This document shows positions 27,061 through 41,187 of a stretch of 64,000 bases of DNA, one piece after another; position 1 is the stretch's first letter, and each line of letters opens with the position of its first letter. Under the pieces are notes generated by a model. It did not search any database and had not been told where the DNA came from. It saw only the letters and a program-made list of their open reading frames with translations. Both the position numbers and the translations under genes were made by a program. Source of the stretch: the human T2T-CHM13v2.0 reference genome, Homo sapiens; assembly GCF_009914755.1 (NCBI RefSeq), contig NC_060930.1; one strand, 5' to 3'.

Positions 27061-28754
27061 AGCAGTAAAATTATGAGTTTGGTCATGCACCAAAGTGGGG
27101 CGGTGGGGGGAAGAGGGACTTCTTTCCCCCAGAGGAAGGTTGTAGGTGAGACACAAGATGAAGTAAGAGACACATTGATAAGTTTTAGGATAAAATCAGC
27201 TGGGCAATAATATTTATTAAACAGATATTGGCATTAGCTAAAGATGAAAAGGAGAAGAAAAAAGAGGGAAGACATTGGAAGAAGGGAGAAAAGGAAGGTA
27301 AACACTATAACCAAAGATTTGCTAAATTTTAGACAGATTCTTAGAGATGATAAGCATCAAACAACCCTGTAGAGCATGACTTAAGCATAAACAGAGCGTT
27401 GAAATTTTGCTATCATTCCACCCCAAAATGATATTTTGTGTGATATTTATTGTCAAATGCTTGAAAAGGATATGCTGGGTCCAAGATAAAAAGTATTTCA
27501 CCTGTGCCCCTCAAGTAGTTCCCTGATTCTCTGTTTTTTTCATATACGTAATTTCTGCACTCCTGGTTGAGATATTCTACTTTTTGATGGTGATTTCATT
27601 CTCAAAACTTTTACGTGCATAATTGAATTAACATGCTTAAAGTTAAGGAAAGCCTTTAAAACTGACTGCTTCCAAGGCAGTGAAAGCATCAGCTTAACTC
27701 TCTGGCTTTCAACTTTCTCTTTACTTTTGGCCTTGGGGAAATCCCCTTGATTTCTCAGGACCAAAGCTGTATATTTAAAATGATATTTGTTATATATTAC
27801 CCAGAATGTCTTAGTGTTTTGAAGTAGGATGATATTAATGATATCTTATCTTCCATATTATTAGAATTAAAAATCTTGGTCTCCTGCTTCTCATTCTAGG
27901 TTTATTTTTTTCTTTACTTGTATTCTGTGCGTTGTCCTAACTCCAAATTGTTCCTAAATTTAAATTTTAACATGTAGACATGCCAGTGAGAAATTGTGGA
28001 AGGGGAAGGAGGAGGTGCTAGCTGAACTTTTGAATCTGAAGATTAATGTCTACCTCTGTTGCTTTTTGTAATGGGCTCAATTTCCTTACACTGTGCTTTG
28101 CAGCTATGTGAGACATCTGTGGGATGTCCAGCTCCATTTCTGTTCGGACCATGTGGGACCTCTGTATCCTCAGTTCTTCCTGGTCTTGGACCCCAATCTT
28201 ATCAGACACTTATATGCCTCCTTCTGAGATAGTAATGCTCTACCTTACTTGGTGAGGTAGGGTGAAATCCCTTTTCAAGGAAATAATATTTTCTTCTTCA
28301 ACTCTGAACTGAAACTCAGGATTCTATTTTGGCAGTACCATGACATTTTTTTGTATAATGTCACATACGCCCCTATTTCCCATCCTCCATTCTGTCTCAG
28401 TTTCCTTATCTGTAAAATATTCTGTTTTTTCATAGTACCTAAAAGTGAATTTAACCAGTGACACAATCATAAATTATTTGGGTTATACTAACACCACATT
28501 GAGCTTTTTAAAGAAATGTTATAAATCCCATGTTAGTTTTTGTTAAATTGAAAATATTAATGCTAAAATATATTTGTTCTTAGTTTAATATTTATTGAAG
28601 TCATATCATCATAACTTAAAAATTTACTTCCCCTAACACATCTTATGCACACACTTACATAGGCACACATTGTTGACATTCTTCTGAAATATTCTATAAC
28701 TTAACAAGAACTCCTATTTTAAGATGGCGGAAAAAATGTTTTAATCCAAATTGG

Positions 28755-29652
28755 CACGGTAGGCTGAATAAAAATGTCCCCCCAAAGATGTCCATGTGCT
28801 AATCTCTAGAACCTGTGAACACAGAGGTTCCTCAACTTACAATGGATAAACCTGTCATAACTTGAAAATATCATCAGTCAAAAATGCATTTAATACACTT
28901 GACTTAAGGAACATCATGGTTTAGCTCAGCCTTCCTTAAAAGTGCTGAAAACACTTACATTAGTCTACAGTTGGGCAAAATCATTTGGCCACACAGTACA
29001 CTGTAGAGTATTACTTGTTTGCCGTTGTAATTTATGGCTGATGAATAGCTACAGTTCAATGCTACAGCCCAGCATTGTGTGATAGTATTGTACTGCATAT
29101 CTCTGGCCCTAGAAAAGACCAAAATTCAAAATTCAAAGTACAGTTTCTACTCAATGGTATAACTTCCACACTATTGTAAAGTCAAAAAATCATAAGTAGA
29201 ATCATCATAAATTGAGGATGATAAGTGTGTATATGTTACCTTATATGGTAAAAGTGGCTTTGAAGCCCTGACTAAATTAAGAATCTGGGGATGGAGGGAC
29301 TATGCTGATTGTTCTGGTTGGCCCCATATAATCATAAGGGGCTTTAGGAATGGGAGGCAGTAGAATTACAGTCAGGGAGGAGAAGGCAATGTGATGATGA
29401 TGGAAGCGGAGGTTGGAGTGATGTGGCCACAAGCCAGAGTGATGACAGCCTGCAGGTGCTGGGAGAAGCAAGGAACAGAGTCTCCCCTGGAGCCTCCAGG
29501 AGGAATCAGCATACTCACACCTTGATTTTAGTCCGCTGAGCTTCATTTCAGACTTCTGTCCTACCTCCAGAACAGTAAGAGAATAAATTGGTGTTGCTTT
29601 AAGCTACTAGGTTTGTGATAATTTGTTAGACCAACCAACGGACACTAAAACA
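28755..29652 (+). mobile_element. MLT1D solo LTR interrupted by MER47B
   Basis: ggtaggctgaata...ccccaaagatgtccatgtgctaatctctagaacctgtgaa | tatgttaccttatatgg...aataaattggtgttgctttaagc...ctaaaaca. Confidence 0.85.
28822..29229 (+). mobile_element. MER47B (TcMar-Tigger MITE)
   Basis: cagaggttcctcaacttacaatgg...ctacagttgggcaaaatcat...cacagtacactgtagag...aaaattcaaaattcaaagtacagtttctact. Confidence 0.8.
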
Positions 29653-29724
29653 ATTGGCAACTTAAATACTCATAAGAACAGATATTTCTTTGCCTCCAAG
29701 AATAAGAAACAGTAAAGATAGATA

Positions 29725-29930
29725 TTGTAATAGTAGTGGCAGAAGCTTTCACTAACTGAGATTCCATTGTTTATAAGACATTATTCTGGATGACTTTAAT
29801 TTTTTTTAATTCTCATAATAGCACTTCAAGGAGTATATTACCATTCTTGTTTTATAGAAACAAAAACATAGAAAGTAATTTCATCACAGGACAAGTGGTA
29901 GAGCCAGGATTTGAACACAGTACTGTGTGT
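29725..29930 (-). mobile_element. MIR SINE
   Basis: aattctcataatagc...ttttataga...gtggtagagccaggatttgaac. Confidence 0.6.
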
Positions 29931-29956
29931 CATCAGTTTAAAAACTGGTACATTAC

Positions 29957-30269
29957 GGTCGGGTGCGGTGGCTCACGCCTGTAATCCCAGCACTTTGGGA
30001 GGCAGAGGTGGGTGGATCACAAGGTCAAGAGAGATCGAGACCATCCTGGCCAACATGGTGAAACCCCATCTCTACTGAAAATACAAAAATTAGCTGCATG
30101 TGGTGGCACGTGCCTGTAATCCCAGCTACTCGGGAGGCTGAGGCAGGAGAATCACTTGAACCCAGGAGGTGGAGGTTGCAGTGGGTCAGATCACGCCAGT
30201 GCACTCCAGCCTGGGCGACAGAGCAACACTCTGTCTTAAAAAAACAAAAAACAAAAAACAAAAAAAAAA
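29957..30269 (+). mobile_element. AluSc-like, full length
   Basis: ggtcaagag(ag)atcgagaccatcctggccaacatgg; patterned A-tail; TSD ctggtacattac / ctggtatattat. Confidence 0.92.
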
Positions 30270-30359
30270 CCCTGGTATATTATATAAGAAAAACACAAAT
30301 TAATTAAGAGAATAATTTAAACATGTTTGAAAGAAATGTTGAAAACCTGTGATAGGCAG

Positions 30360-30761
30360 TGTTACGGGTTGAATTGTGTTTTTCAAGACAGTTATGTTGA
30401 GCTCCCTGAGGACAAATGAGGACATTAGATGGTCTCTCAATCAATGTGATTGGTGTCCTTATAAAAGGAGAAATTGTAGAGAGAGACTTTCATACAGGGT
30501 GAATGCTATGTAAAGATGAAGGCAGAGATGAGGATGATTATTGTACAAGCCAAATAATGCTAAAGATTTCCAGCAAACCACCAGAAACTATAAGAGAGGT
30601 ATGAAACAGATTCTCCCCCACAGACCTTAAAGAACTACAACTGAGGACACCTTCATCTTGGATATCTAGCTTCCAAAATGGTGAGACAGTAAATTTCTGT
30701 TGAATAAACCACCCAGTATATGGTACTTCATTACAGCAGTTCTAGCAGACCAATAAATACA
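30360..30761 (+). mobile_element. MLT1C-like solo LTR
   Basis: tgttacgggttgaattgtgt...ggtgtccttataaaagg...ccagcaaaccaccagaa...aaatttctgttg...aataca. Confidence 0.8.
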
Positions 30762-32319
30762 ATGATAGTGATAATTATGAGAATAATAACAAAAGACATT
30801 GTGGATGTTTTTAAAAATTAGTATTCCACTCATTGTAGTTGTAAAATAAAAAATGTAGTTTCTACAAAATTTTTTATTCTGTTTATTATAATAGTCTAGC
30901 ACATTGTAATAATCACTTTAAGGAGACTTTTGAATAAAATTTTATCTCATTTTTCAATTTAATTAAACATCTACAAACATTAAAAATGGCATTTATATAG
31001 AAAACATATTTGATTTCCTTTTAAAATATTTTTCTTGTTTGATTTAAACAAAATCTTGAGTATTTAAATAACTTTCAGTAGATTAAACTTATAGATATAT
31101 TGAATCCTAAAGGCTATTAATGTTCCAATCCTATAGATAAATGATAACATTTAAACTTTAATATAAGCCTAAATCCAGTACTGAGTTAGACATTTTAATT
31201 TATTCTTATGGGTTAAATTCCTTTAAAACTTTAAGGAACATAAAATACCGAACAAGCACTAATTCCTTAACCAAATACATAAAAGTAACGGGGTAGATTC
31301 TCTCAAATGTTCTTGTGTGCTTAATTCTAAGTGTAGGTTGGAAGATACAAGGGAACAGGAACAGTTTATCATCCCACACAATTCTGGGGTTACTTTCTCA
31401 ATTTGCTGAGGTTACTCATATCTGCGCACAAATGGGAATTCTAAGCCTTATTAATGGCCTGTAACATGCATTAAAGAAGAAAATAATTTTGTGCTCCATC
31501 TGCCTAAGACTTGAGTCAAATCCTTACTTTTCAAGCCAAAATGAATTCTGTACCTCTACCCATGTGGTAAACCAATTGATGATTTTTATTTCTTTGGCTC
31601 TTAAAAGCCAATATTGATATGATGTTAACACTGTGCTGAGCACAGGTGAAAGTACTCAAGATTACTAACTCATTTAATCTGTGGATTGTGACTCTAACTC
31701 CCAATGGGGGCTCACAGGTTACCAGCATTAGTGAATGAGGCATATCCAATTTGCATAACTAAAAGATGCTGTAACGAGATGAGTGGGGTGGTAGAGCTGA
31801 CATTTGTTCAGTAATAAGATCTAGGATCAACACATTAGATTTAGTTTCTTTGAATACAACCAATCCTAGTAAAGAGTGAAATGGAATACCCCAGAGCAAC
31901 AGATCACAGTCAGGGAATAGCAGGCACCACTGATGAGGCCCAGCACAGGACAGATACACAGTAGGTCTCGGGAGAGGGTAGGTGTTGATAATGAGGAGAT
32001 AACTAATGGGCCATCACATGCCATCACATCCCATCTAAAGGTTAAGGTACTCTATGGCCTTTAACACCTACTCTAAAGCATCAGAGTGTGCTGTGTTTGT
32101 TGGTTAGAAAGTTTATTCTGGATAGATTAAATAACTTCATAATGAAAAATTTTATGGTAAATATTTTAAATATAAATATAAAAGATTTTAAACTTTATCT
32201 CTTATATAATTTCCTCTCGAAGATACATTAGTGAACTGGACATAATGTGGTTCAGTGTAGCTTTCTGACCTCATACATTTGATAAAGTTTTACATATATC
32301 CTATAATAGAATTATTACA

Positions 32320-32460
32320 AAAACCCTATGAGTTACCAAATAAGGAATTATGTCTTACAGAAGTTAGTGAGAAGGCTAGTTAGTAAGGAGCAGAGGTATT
32401 CAAACACAAACCTGTTGGAATCCCAGGCGAGGCGAGAGCCCTTGAATGCTCCCTTATTCT
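32320..32460 (-). mobile_element. MIR fragment
   Basis: aaccctatgag...agaagttagtga...gcagaggtattcaaac. Confidence 0.45.
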
Positions 32461-32684
32461 CACCGCCTAGTGATTTTAATGAGCTTTTAGAGCCTTGCAT
32501 TTTGTCTGGGAATAAGATGTCTTTTAGACCACTATACCCTGAAATTATTTTTTTAAAAAAAAGATGTTTGAAAACTTTGTAAAAACCTATTCCCCCCTCC
32601 CATAGAAAGTGAAAAAAAAGGGATTTGTAGTGAATAGGAACTAAAAATAGGACAGCAAATAAAAAATATAAAGATACATCCTCA

Positions 32685-33903
32685 GTTTGCCAGTATCTTA
32701 TTGAGGATTTTCACATCGAAGTTCATCAGGGATATTGGCCTGAAATAACTCAAGATGGATTAAAGACTTAAACATAAGACCCAAAACCAAAAAAAACCTA
32801 GAAGAAAACCTAGGCAATACTATTTAGGACATAGGCATGAGCAAGGACTTCATGTCTAAAACACCAAAAGCAATGGCAACAAAAGCCAAAATTGACAAAT
32901 GGGATCTCATTAAACTAAACAGCTTCCGCACAGCAAAAGACACTACCATCAGAGTGAACAGGCAACCTACAGAATGGGAGAAAATTTTTGCAATCTATCC
33001 ATCTGACAAAGGGCTAATCTCCAAAATCTGCAAGGAACTTAAACACATTTACAAGAAAAAAACAACCCCATGGAAAAGTGAGCAAAGGATATGAACAGGC
33101 ACATCTCAAAAGAAGACATTTACACAGCCAACAAACATATTGAAAAAAGCTCATCATCACTGGGTCATTAGAGAAATGCAAATCAAAACCACGATGAGAT
33201 ACCATCTCATGCCAGTTAGAATGGTGATCACTAAAAAGTCAGGAAACAACAGATGCTGGAGAGGATGTGGAGAAATAGGAACAGTTTTATACTGTTGATG
33301 GGAGTGTAAATTATTTCAACCATTGTGGAAGACAGTGTGGCGATTCCTCAAGGATCTAGAACTAGAAATACCATTTGACTGAGAAATTCCATTACTGGGT
33401 ATATACCCAAATGATTATAAATCATTCTACTATAAAGACACATGCACATATATGTTTATTGCGGCACTGTTCACAATATCAAAGACTTGGAACCAATCCA
33501 AATGCCCATCAGTGATAGACTGCATAAAGAAAATGTGGCACATATACACCATGGAATACTATGCAGCCATAAAAAATGAATTTGTGTCTTTGCAGGGACA
33601 TGGATGAAGCTGGGGACCATCATTTTCAGCAAACTAACACAGGAACAGAAAACCAAACACAGCATGTTCTCACTTATAAGGGAGTTGAACAATGAGAACA
33701 CATGGACACAGGGAGGGGAACATCACTCACCGGGACCTGTGGGGAGTTGGGGGACTAGAGGAGGGATAGCATTAGGAGAAATACCTAATGCAGATAACAG
33801 GTTGATGGGTGCAGCAAGACACAATGGCACGTGTTTACCTATGTAATAAACCTGCACGTTCTGCACATGTATCCTAGACCTTAAAGTACAATAATAATAA
33901 TAA
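32685..33903 (+). mobile_element. 5'-truncated, 5'-inverted L1PA (L1PA7-like)
   Basis: Antisense ORF2 piece 32685-32746, then sense ORF2 C-terminus/3'UTR; ORFs [27 protein letters not shown] and MKLGTIIFSKLTQEQKTKH; TSD aaagatacatcctca (32670-32684) / aaagatatatcctca (33904-33918). Confidence 0.93.
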
Positions 33904-35614
33904 AAAGATATATCCTCACTGCATTTCCTATATTTTCTTTGGATTGGAAAGGAGGTTCATTTTCAGTTGGAAAATAGGAAAGGGAGGTGTTAAAAGTTTG
34001 GCATTTCAAGTGATCAGACTTGAATAATGGTGACTTTTCTAGTCATGGCCTCATAATGGCTGCAAATCTTGGTGCAAATCTTCCCATTATTGCAATGATT
34101 TAATACATACAGTATCCCAGCAACTTACTTTTTAATAAGATGACAATTTATTGCTGAAAGTTTTTTTAAAAGCTATTTTTACTTCTTTTTTTCCCTCTTG
34201 TTAACTGTGGAAATACTCCTGTCAGTATATTCCATCCTGGCCTTGTTATGGAAGTGGTACATGCCGCTGTCGTTTGTAGCTTTTCCTTTGTTAAGGCCAG
34301 AAAAAATTTTCTGGGTAACTAATTTGTAACATTCCTTTTTCTAAGATTTCGTGTTCATTTTTAAAGCAGTAAGCTTTATTTTTTTCTGTCAGACAATCTA
34401 CAAATTATAAACATAGCACAAACATTCATTCTTGAACATAATGAATCCAAACATTTTGCAAACAAAAACCAAAACTTCAGTTTATATTTTTCCAAAACAG
34501 TCATCTCTACATTTATTGTTTTTAGCTTGTTTAATTTAAAGCATGGTCAGAGTCAATATTTAATATAATTCAAAGCTACCCAGACTTAATTTTCCCTACC
34601 TAGACAGACTCTGATCTTGTTCCAATCCTACCTTGAAACAGGATCAGCATTTTGGTGGGTTTTAACTCCACAAGATATTAGACTTCTCCCTGAAGACTTC
34701 ATGGGGAATGAAGACATTAAACAAAGTCTCTCTGGGTCATATCTCCATTGCCCCTGAAGATTCCCTCTGACTTCAGTCAGACACTTTGCCTCCCCTTTCT
34801 CAGATATAACACCCAAACAACACACCAAATGACTTTTTGCAGTAAACAGTTTTAAAGGATTGGTATAATATTGCTTTTGAAATTATTTTGCTAGAAGTGA
34901 CTTATAATAAAATTACATTTGGCTCTGATTGTACTGCATTAATCATAACTTATGGATTCTTGCAAAGTGAGAAAATATAACCTAAAATTGTTCTCATGCA
35001 TCATGACATTTTTTATGAATTCAAATTTTAACAATTAATGAAGTTGACATAGGTTATGCATTTGTAGGCATTTAATTAAAATTTAATTAAATATTTATTA
35101 ATTTTCACTTTGCAGTTTTCTTTTCGTGTTTTGGAGCTGATGATTTTTTCAGGCCTGACATATTTTTAGAAGGCCCTGTAGGTCTGCAGATCCTTGGCAT
35201 TCTGCCTTTGAGTGCTATGGATAAAACGACCACACCACTGGAAAAATTTGCCCGATATTCTTATCTTTTTAGCCTTCACTCTCAACTAGCATGACACACT
35301 CAGAAAATCTAAAGCCTTGCAATTAGCAGCCCCTATCTCTCTTGAAAGATGTGTTTGTTATTGCTGTTGTTCTTGTGTATCCCTTAACATGTTATGGAAA
35401 TATAAATCTGTTAAAACCAAATCCTTCACTTGAGAGGATTCTACCCTGTTGAAATACTGTTTCTTTTCATGTTAAGTTCCTAATCCCTAACCAGCGAACA
35501 TTTGCTGCCCTCAGCCAATCTACATTGGCTGCTTTGATGTAGGTGGAACATTGTGAAAGAGACCCCTTCTGGCACAGGAGGAAATGTACCAGCAGTTTGG
35601 CCATCACAACCTGC

Positions 35615-36322
35615 TGTCTGTACAGCTAAAACACAGCCAGAATTTGACTGGCCTTCACCACCTCCCTTGCTGGCACCTTGTCCAAGCCCCAGTGGTTTCT
35701 GGCTGTGCTATTTCAGTGGATCTTAACTGGTATCCTGCTCAGAGCTTGCTCTTTTTCAGTCATTTTTTAACACAGCAGCCAGAATGGTGGTCAAACTAAT
35801 GTCAGGTCATGTCACTTTCTTGCCCTCAGCCTCCAACTTTTCTGTCTCACTCTACATACAAGCCAAAGTCTCCCAGAGGTCTCCCAAGATCTAGGTCCTC
35901 TTTGCTTTCTGACCTCTTCTGCTCTTGTCCATCTGGTTCATTCCCCAGCAGCTGTGCTGACCTCTGTGCTGTTTCTGGAACATAAAACTGCTCTTCTGGG
36001 CCTTCACACTTGATCTTCCCTATGCTTGGCACCCTATTCTTGCAGTTGTTGCCACAGTTTTTGCCTTCACGTGTTCTTAGACCCAGTCTCAGTTTGATCT
36101 GCTCTTCACCACTTATCACCACTCAAATCTACCATGTTCCTAACTCATTGATCTTGTTTGTTGTCTCTCTCTCCTGATTAGAATGTAGGTTCTATAAAGG
36201 CAAGGATTTTTATTTTATTTTTTTCTTCTTTGTCTGTATTGCATAGTGCCAAACCCTTAGTGCTTAGACCAGTGCTTGGCTCACTTATGTAATATATTAA
36301 TATCTATTCAATGAAGGCATGC
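35615..36322 (+). mobile_element. LINE-2 (L2a-like) 3' fragment
   Basis: acacagcagccaga...tcaggtcatgtcact...gggccttcacacttg...ttagaatgtaggttctataaaggcaagga...cagtgcttggctcac. Confidence 0.7.
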
Positions 36323-36339
36323 ATAATAGTATGTTTCTG

Positions 36340-36470
36340 TTTTATTTTTGTGTAGAGACAGAGTCTTCCTGTGTTGTCCAGGCTAGTCTTGAACTCCTGG
36401 GCTCAAGTGACTCTCCCACCTCAGCCTCCCAAAATGCTGGGATTACAGGCATGAGCCAGCATGCCTGGCC
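36340..36470 (-). mobile_element. FLAM-C (free left Alu monomer)
   Basis: Single monomer with gaactcctgggctcaagtga; flanked by atgtttct / atgttcct. Confidence 0.8.
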
Positions 36471-37237
36471 ATGTTCCTTCTTTAAAAATTCAGTAAGAAC
36501 ATTCACATGATATTTACTAGCATTATCTAGCCCTCCACCAACTAAAGACTCAAAGGCTTTTCTCCTAATCCAACCCCCATTTCCTTGAAGGGTGCTCAAA
36601 CTCATCTGTGAGGTCCTGTTTGGGAGAATTTTCCTCCTGATTTCTACCTGGAGGATGTTCATGTTCCCTGTTCCTTGCAGGCACTTTGCCCTGGAAGCAG
36701 CCAGGCTATATCTGATCCCGTCTATGTCAGTCAGCTCTGTAGTGATTCATATAATAGAAACAGAATTCACAAAGGATGGAGACTGGGAGATGGGCTTTGT
36801 TTCTAGCTGGATCTTCTCCATATGTTTGACAAGCTGTGTAAGGGATGTGTGTTTGCTTCTCCTCACTCCAGAGTCTCTGTCTTCAGTAACTTCAGAAAGC
36901 AAGAGGATTTACTGAGATGCTTTTCTCAAAAGCAGTTTGCCACACGGGCTTCTTCTTTAACACAGGTGTGAAAAACCAGAATTTTTTTTTTCATCTCATA
37001 AAGTCTTAATTCATTTTTGTTTAATCCTAAATCTGTTCTTTACTTTGGGGCATCTGAGAGTGGTACCAGTACATAACACTGATCCCTTGCAATCAAACTC
37101 ACTACACCAAAAGTGCATTTTAGGACAAGATTGGAGTCTGTTATGAGGTTCATGGGAAAATGTTGGGAGACCATCTGCTTATCCTGCCCTACCCTGGACC
37201 CTTGCCTGTGGAGGACTGAACTTCAAGAGTGGACATC

Positions 37238-37649
37238 TGATACAGTTTGGGTGTTTGTCTAATCCAAATCTCCTGTTGAAATGTAATCCCCAATGTTGGA
37301 GGGGCTTGATGGGAGATGATTAGATCATGGAGGCAGATCCCACAAGAATGGTTTAGCACTATCCCCTTGATGATAAGTGATTTTTTTCTCTGAGTTCATG
37401 TGAGATCTGGTTGTTTAAGTGTGTGGCACCTTCTCTGCCTCTCTCTTGCTCCCACTGTCACCAAACGAAGTGTCTGCTCTGGTTTTGCTTTCTGCCGTGA
37501 TTGTAGTTTCCTAAGGCCTTCACCAGAAGCAGGTGCTGGCACCACACTTCTTGCACTGTGCAGAACTGTGAGATTATTTATCCTCTTTTCTTTATAAATT
37601 AGCCAGTCTCAGGTATTTCTTTAAGGCAACACAAGAATGACCTAACATA
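37238..37649 (+). mobile_element. MSTB-like solo LTR
   Basis: tgatacagtttggg...aaatctcctgttgaaatgtaatcccc...ataaattagccagtctcaggtatttc...cctaacata. Confidence 0.85.
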
Positions 37650-38305
37650 GAATCACTTCCTGCTTCCCAAGTCTGCAGCACCATATCCAATCTGGTAGAT
37701 CTTATTCCTTGTAGAAGGCACTTGATACCAATTTTCCTTTACCTGTTTTTTCAGAGCAATGAGATCCCAGGCAGTCCTTGCTGATATTTTTCCAGCAGTG
37801 TATCCATACTTCACAGAGATCTCTCATCCAGTGATTTACACCTCTCAGGCCACCTGTTTCTTCAAAGAGCTCTCATGAACACTTTACACCAGTAGGGGCC
37901 CTGTAATATCCTGCAAATCTCTCTTGTCTCAGAGCCATCTTTTCTCTCCTCATGGAATATCTATTGCTCTTTTATAGTGTAGACCATCCATGTGGTTCCT
38001 TTTGGACACAACTCAAATATTTCCTCTGGTCCCTAGTACTTCAGCACCAACACATGCTCCATATTTTCACACTCTACAATACACATGAAAGAATTATGAC
38101 CACGCTCAGTTCATGTGACTGGTTAGGGTATACTCAATCTGATTCTCTCAAGGTTTCTTTTAGACAGTAAAAAAATGTCACAAATGCTATGAGACAGTTG
38201 TCATGCTGTTAATGTCCACTAAATGAATTAGGAAAAAAAGTGGGTGTATCCATGTTAAATATTTAATATTGGTCTACAGAATTAGTGATTCAAGTAATGG
38301 CAAAT

Positions 38306-38750
38306 GTATTGGAGTCCAAAAAACTATGACACACTCAAAGAAGAATAATTTGAGACAAGTTCATTGACAAAAACACAATTTACTTCACAAGTGTGTGAGT
38401 ATGGGAACCACAGAGTACTGTGGAGCAAGATAGAGATAGTAACTGCCAAGCTATTACTATCCCTCAGCCTGAAACAGGCAGAACAGTTTCAGGAACCTGG
38501 AAAATGAGTACGAGTTGGCGCTTTGCCAGGTGCAGTGACTTCTGGGCAAATGTCCTAAGGGAGCCATGGAAACAAATACTCTGAATCCAATTTTCTTTCC
38601 TTTAGACCTCCTGCTAGGGTTTCCATTGGCTCAACCCAATTGGAAGTCTTAAGGCAATAAAACCCTTTTGTTCAGTCCCTTTAGATTGGTACCCCCGGGG
38701 GTAGAAAGCAGCATAGAGAAGAATGGGGAATGGATTTGGAAGGGGGGGGT
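38306..38750 (-). mobile_element. LTR33-like ERVL LTR
   Basis: cacactcaaa...taatttgag...ccattggctcaacccaattggaag...gatttggaagggg. Confidence 0.6.
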
Positions 38751-40313
38751 ACAATAAGCTTGTCTATATCTATAATACTATGGTAATTCTTCATGCCACA
38801 GACATTTATGGCTCTCAGTGGTTCAGCAAGAGTATACCTTAGAAGAGAGATCTTATACCTCCACTTTTTACAATCTAATGAGATTTCAAAAATAAGTGCT
38901 AGTTATTAAAGTTTAGTTATTAAGACATAAGGATAATTTAAGAAGAGAAAATAGAAAGCTCTATACTGAACATTTTTGTAACAAAGAATTAAAAAGATAG
39001 TAAATTCAGCAGATAATTTCAGAGGCTGAAATTTTAAAATACATTGAAACCTTTGAAGATTGATTTAGAAGCCTATATGTGTGAAGATTTTTTTTTCTTT
39101 TTGAATTTTCATTCAGGTTTTCAGAGGTTGATGTATTGCCTACAGGGAATAAACTGCAATTCACAAGGCAGAAGGCTGGACTCCAGAACTCTGCAGCTTT
39201 GAGTTATATTATCAGATATCTAGACTTTGGATTTGTCAAAAAGAAATTTGTGGAGGTTCTTGCTGAATTACACGGTTCTCTTTGCATGTTGATATGGAGT
39301 ACATAGATAACAGAAATAGATTCTCAAATGTATGCATATCTTTCATATGAAAAATATGTTTTAGACAAGTTAAGCTTATTTTAAAAACAGGAGATTTTTT
39401 TCAGAACAATTTAGTAAAAATGTAAAAGAATCACAACCCAGTTAGCATAATGACAGTTTTAACAAAAACTTAATAACATTAAGAGGTTGGTGAAAATTAT
39501 ATAATGGGCACTTGGGAAACCATTTTTAAAGGTCATTTCTAATTATATTTTAATGGGTGCAGATATATGTATATATAATGTGTGTGTGCATGTGTGTTAG
39601 ATTAGTTCAGATGAAAGCCAGCTACAAGAAAAAGCTGTTTTTTAAGATGCATTTTTAATTTGTCTGTGTGCAAATAAACAGATCTCTTTGTTTAGTTTTG
39701 TAGCATTTCTATTTCACATTTTGATGAAAAGACTCAATCTTTGACTTTCCCATTAACTGAAGTGCTTTTGTATTAACCTACTTGGAAAAAAAAAAGAAGA
39801 AAAGAACAATAGACTTCATATTCCAGAAAAGCTGTTTAAGCCAAACTTCAGAGTGACACTTTGGGCTTGTAGGGTAGGCAATTTTATAACAATGTTGCTA
39901 TTCTGATGTATCTGAAATGTTTAAATGAATAGTAGCACTTCTCATTTAACCTTGGGTGTAAATTTTCCAAGTTATTGCTAAAGTGGGCCTATCTCAGCCA
40001 TGTTCTTTTTGAGCCAAATCTGAAATTGTCTTTGGTATTTTCTACCTATGTCCTATTTTAATGGATTCTTGTCAAAGCATACTATTTTTTTTTGGAGAAT
40101 TGAGTTGATATAGCAAAGAATGACACATTTTAATGCTTCCTAATTTCACAGCTGCTTTTGATGTTAAAATTTAACTTTGGATATTTAGAATCTAAACCAG
40201 TTATAGCAATACATTTATAATTGTTATGATTTAACAATGAATTGTTAAGTCTATATTTTGGTTCTTTTATGTGAAGAAAAAATATTAACAGATTTGGTTT
40301 AGAGCTTGGGGAA

Positions 40314-40716
40314 TATTTTAATTCATTCAAGCTGCTCTATCAAACTATCATATACTGGGTGGCTTATAAGCAATAGAAATATATTTCTCACAGCTCTGGA
40401 GGCTGGAAGTCTGAAGTCTGGGAGCCAACATGGTCAGGTTCTGGGGAGGACCCTTTTCCAGGTCACACACTGCTGTGTCCTGTATCCTCATATGCAGTAC
40501 TGCTGTACTGCTGTATCTCCTGTATCCTCATATGGTGGAAAGAGGGTGAGAAAGATCTCAGCATCCCTTTGATAAGGGCACTATTCCCATAAATGAAGGC
40601 TCCGTCTTCATGACCTAATTATCTCCCAAAGGCTAAACCTCTGAATAGCATCACATTGGCTGTTAGTATTTCAACATATGATTTTTCTGGGGGAAATAAA
40701 CATTTAGTTGACTGCA
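40314..40716 (-). mobile_element. MLT1A/MLT1A0 solo LTR
   Basis: ctgggtggcttataagcaatagaaat...tctggaggctggaagtc...ataagggcact...tcatgacctaattatctcccaaagg. Confidence 0.85.
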
Positions 40717-41187
40717 AGGAGCATTTTTAGAAAGCATTAAGGGAAACACTGATACAGTCAAGTAAAAATTCTCTATAAAATAAAAGACATGATTAAATTA
40801 AAGATAAGCATCAGGTTAAGAGAATGTATTTTCAGTGTATACAGTATACTAAGATTGGCTGTCCAGAATATAGAATATAGAAACTATATTCTCCTAGGAA
40901 TAAAATGAAAAATATCAACAGTTACAAAACAAGCCATGGGTATATGCAACTTTTTTAGAAGGAAGTTAATTTTTAAGTGCGTATAAAATGTTAGATTTCA
41001 ATGAACGTTTTAAAAATGCAATTTTAAACTAAGATAGAGATTGTCAACTATTAAATTGGTAAAAAATAAATATCGGATAATAAGCAAGTGCCAGTAAAAT
41101 TGTGGAAAGGCAGATTCCTTATATACTCCAGGTAGGAGTGCAAATGCTATAGATTTAGACAGAATCTAATAAAATTATGAATGCTTA

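Noticed and set aside
35100-35235. Possible hAT MITE end
   Set aside because: Too degenerate to assign without a search.
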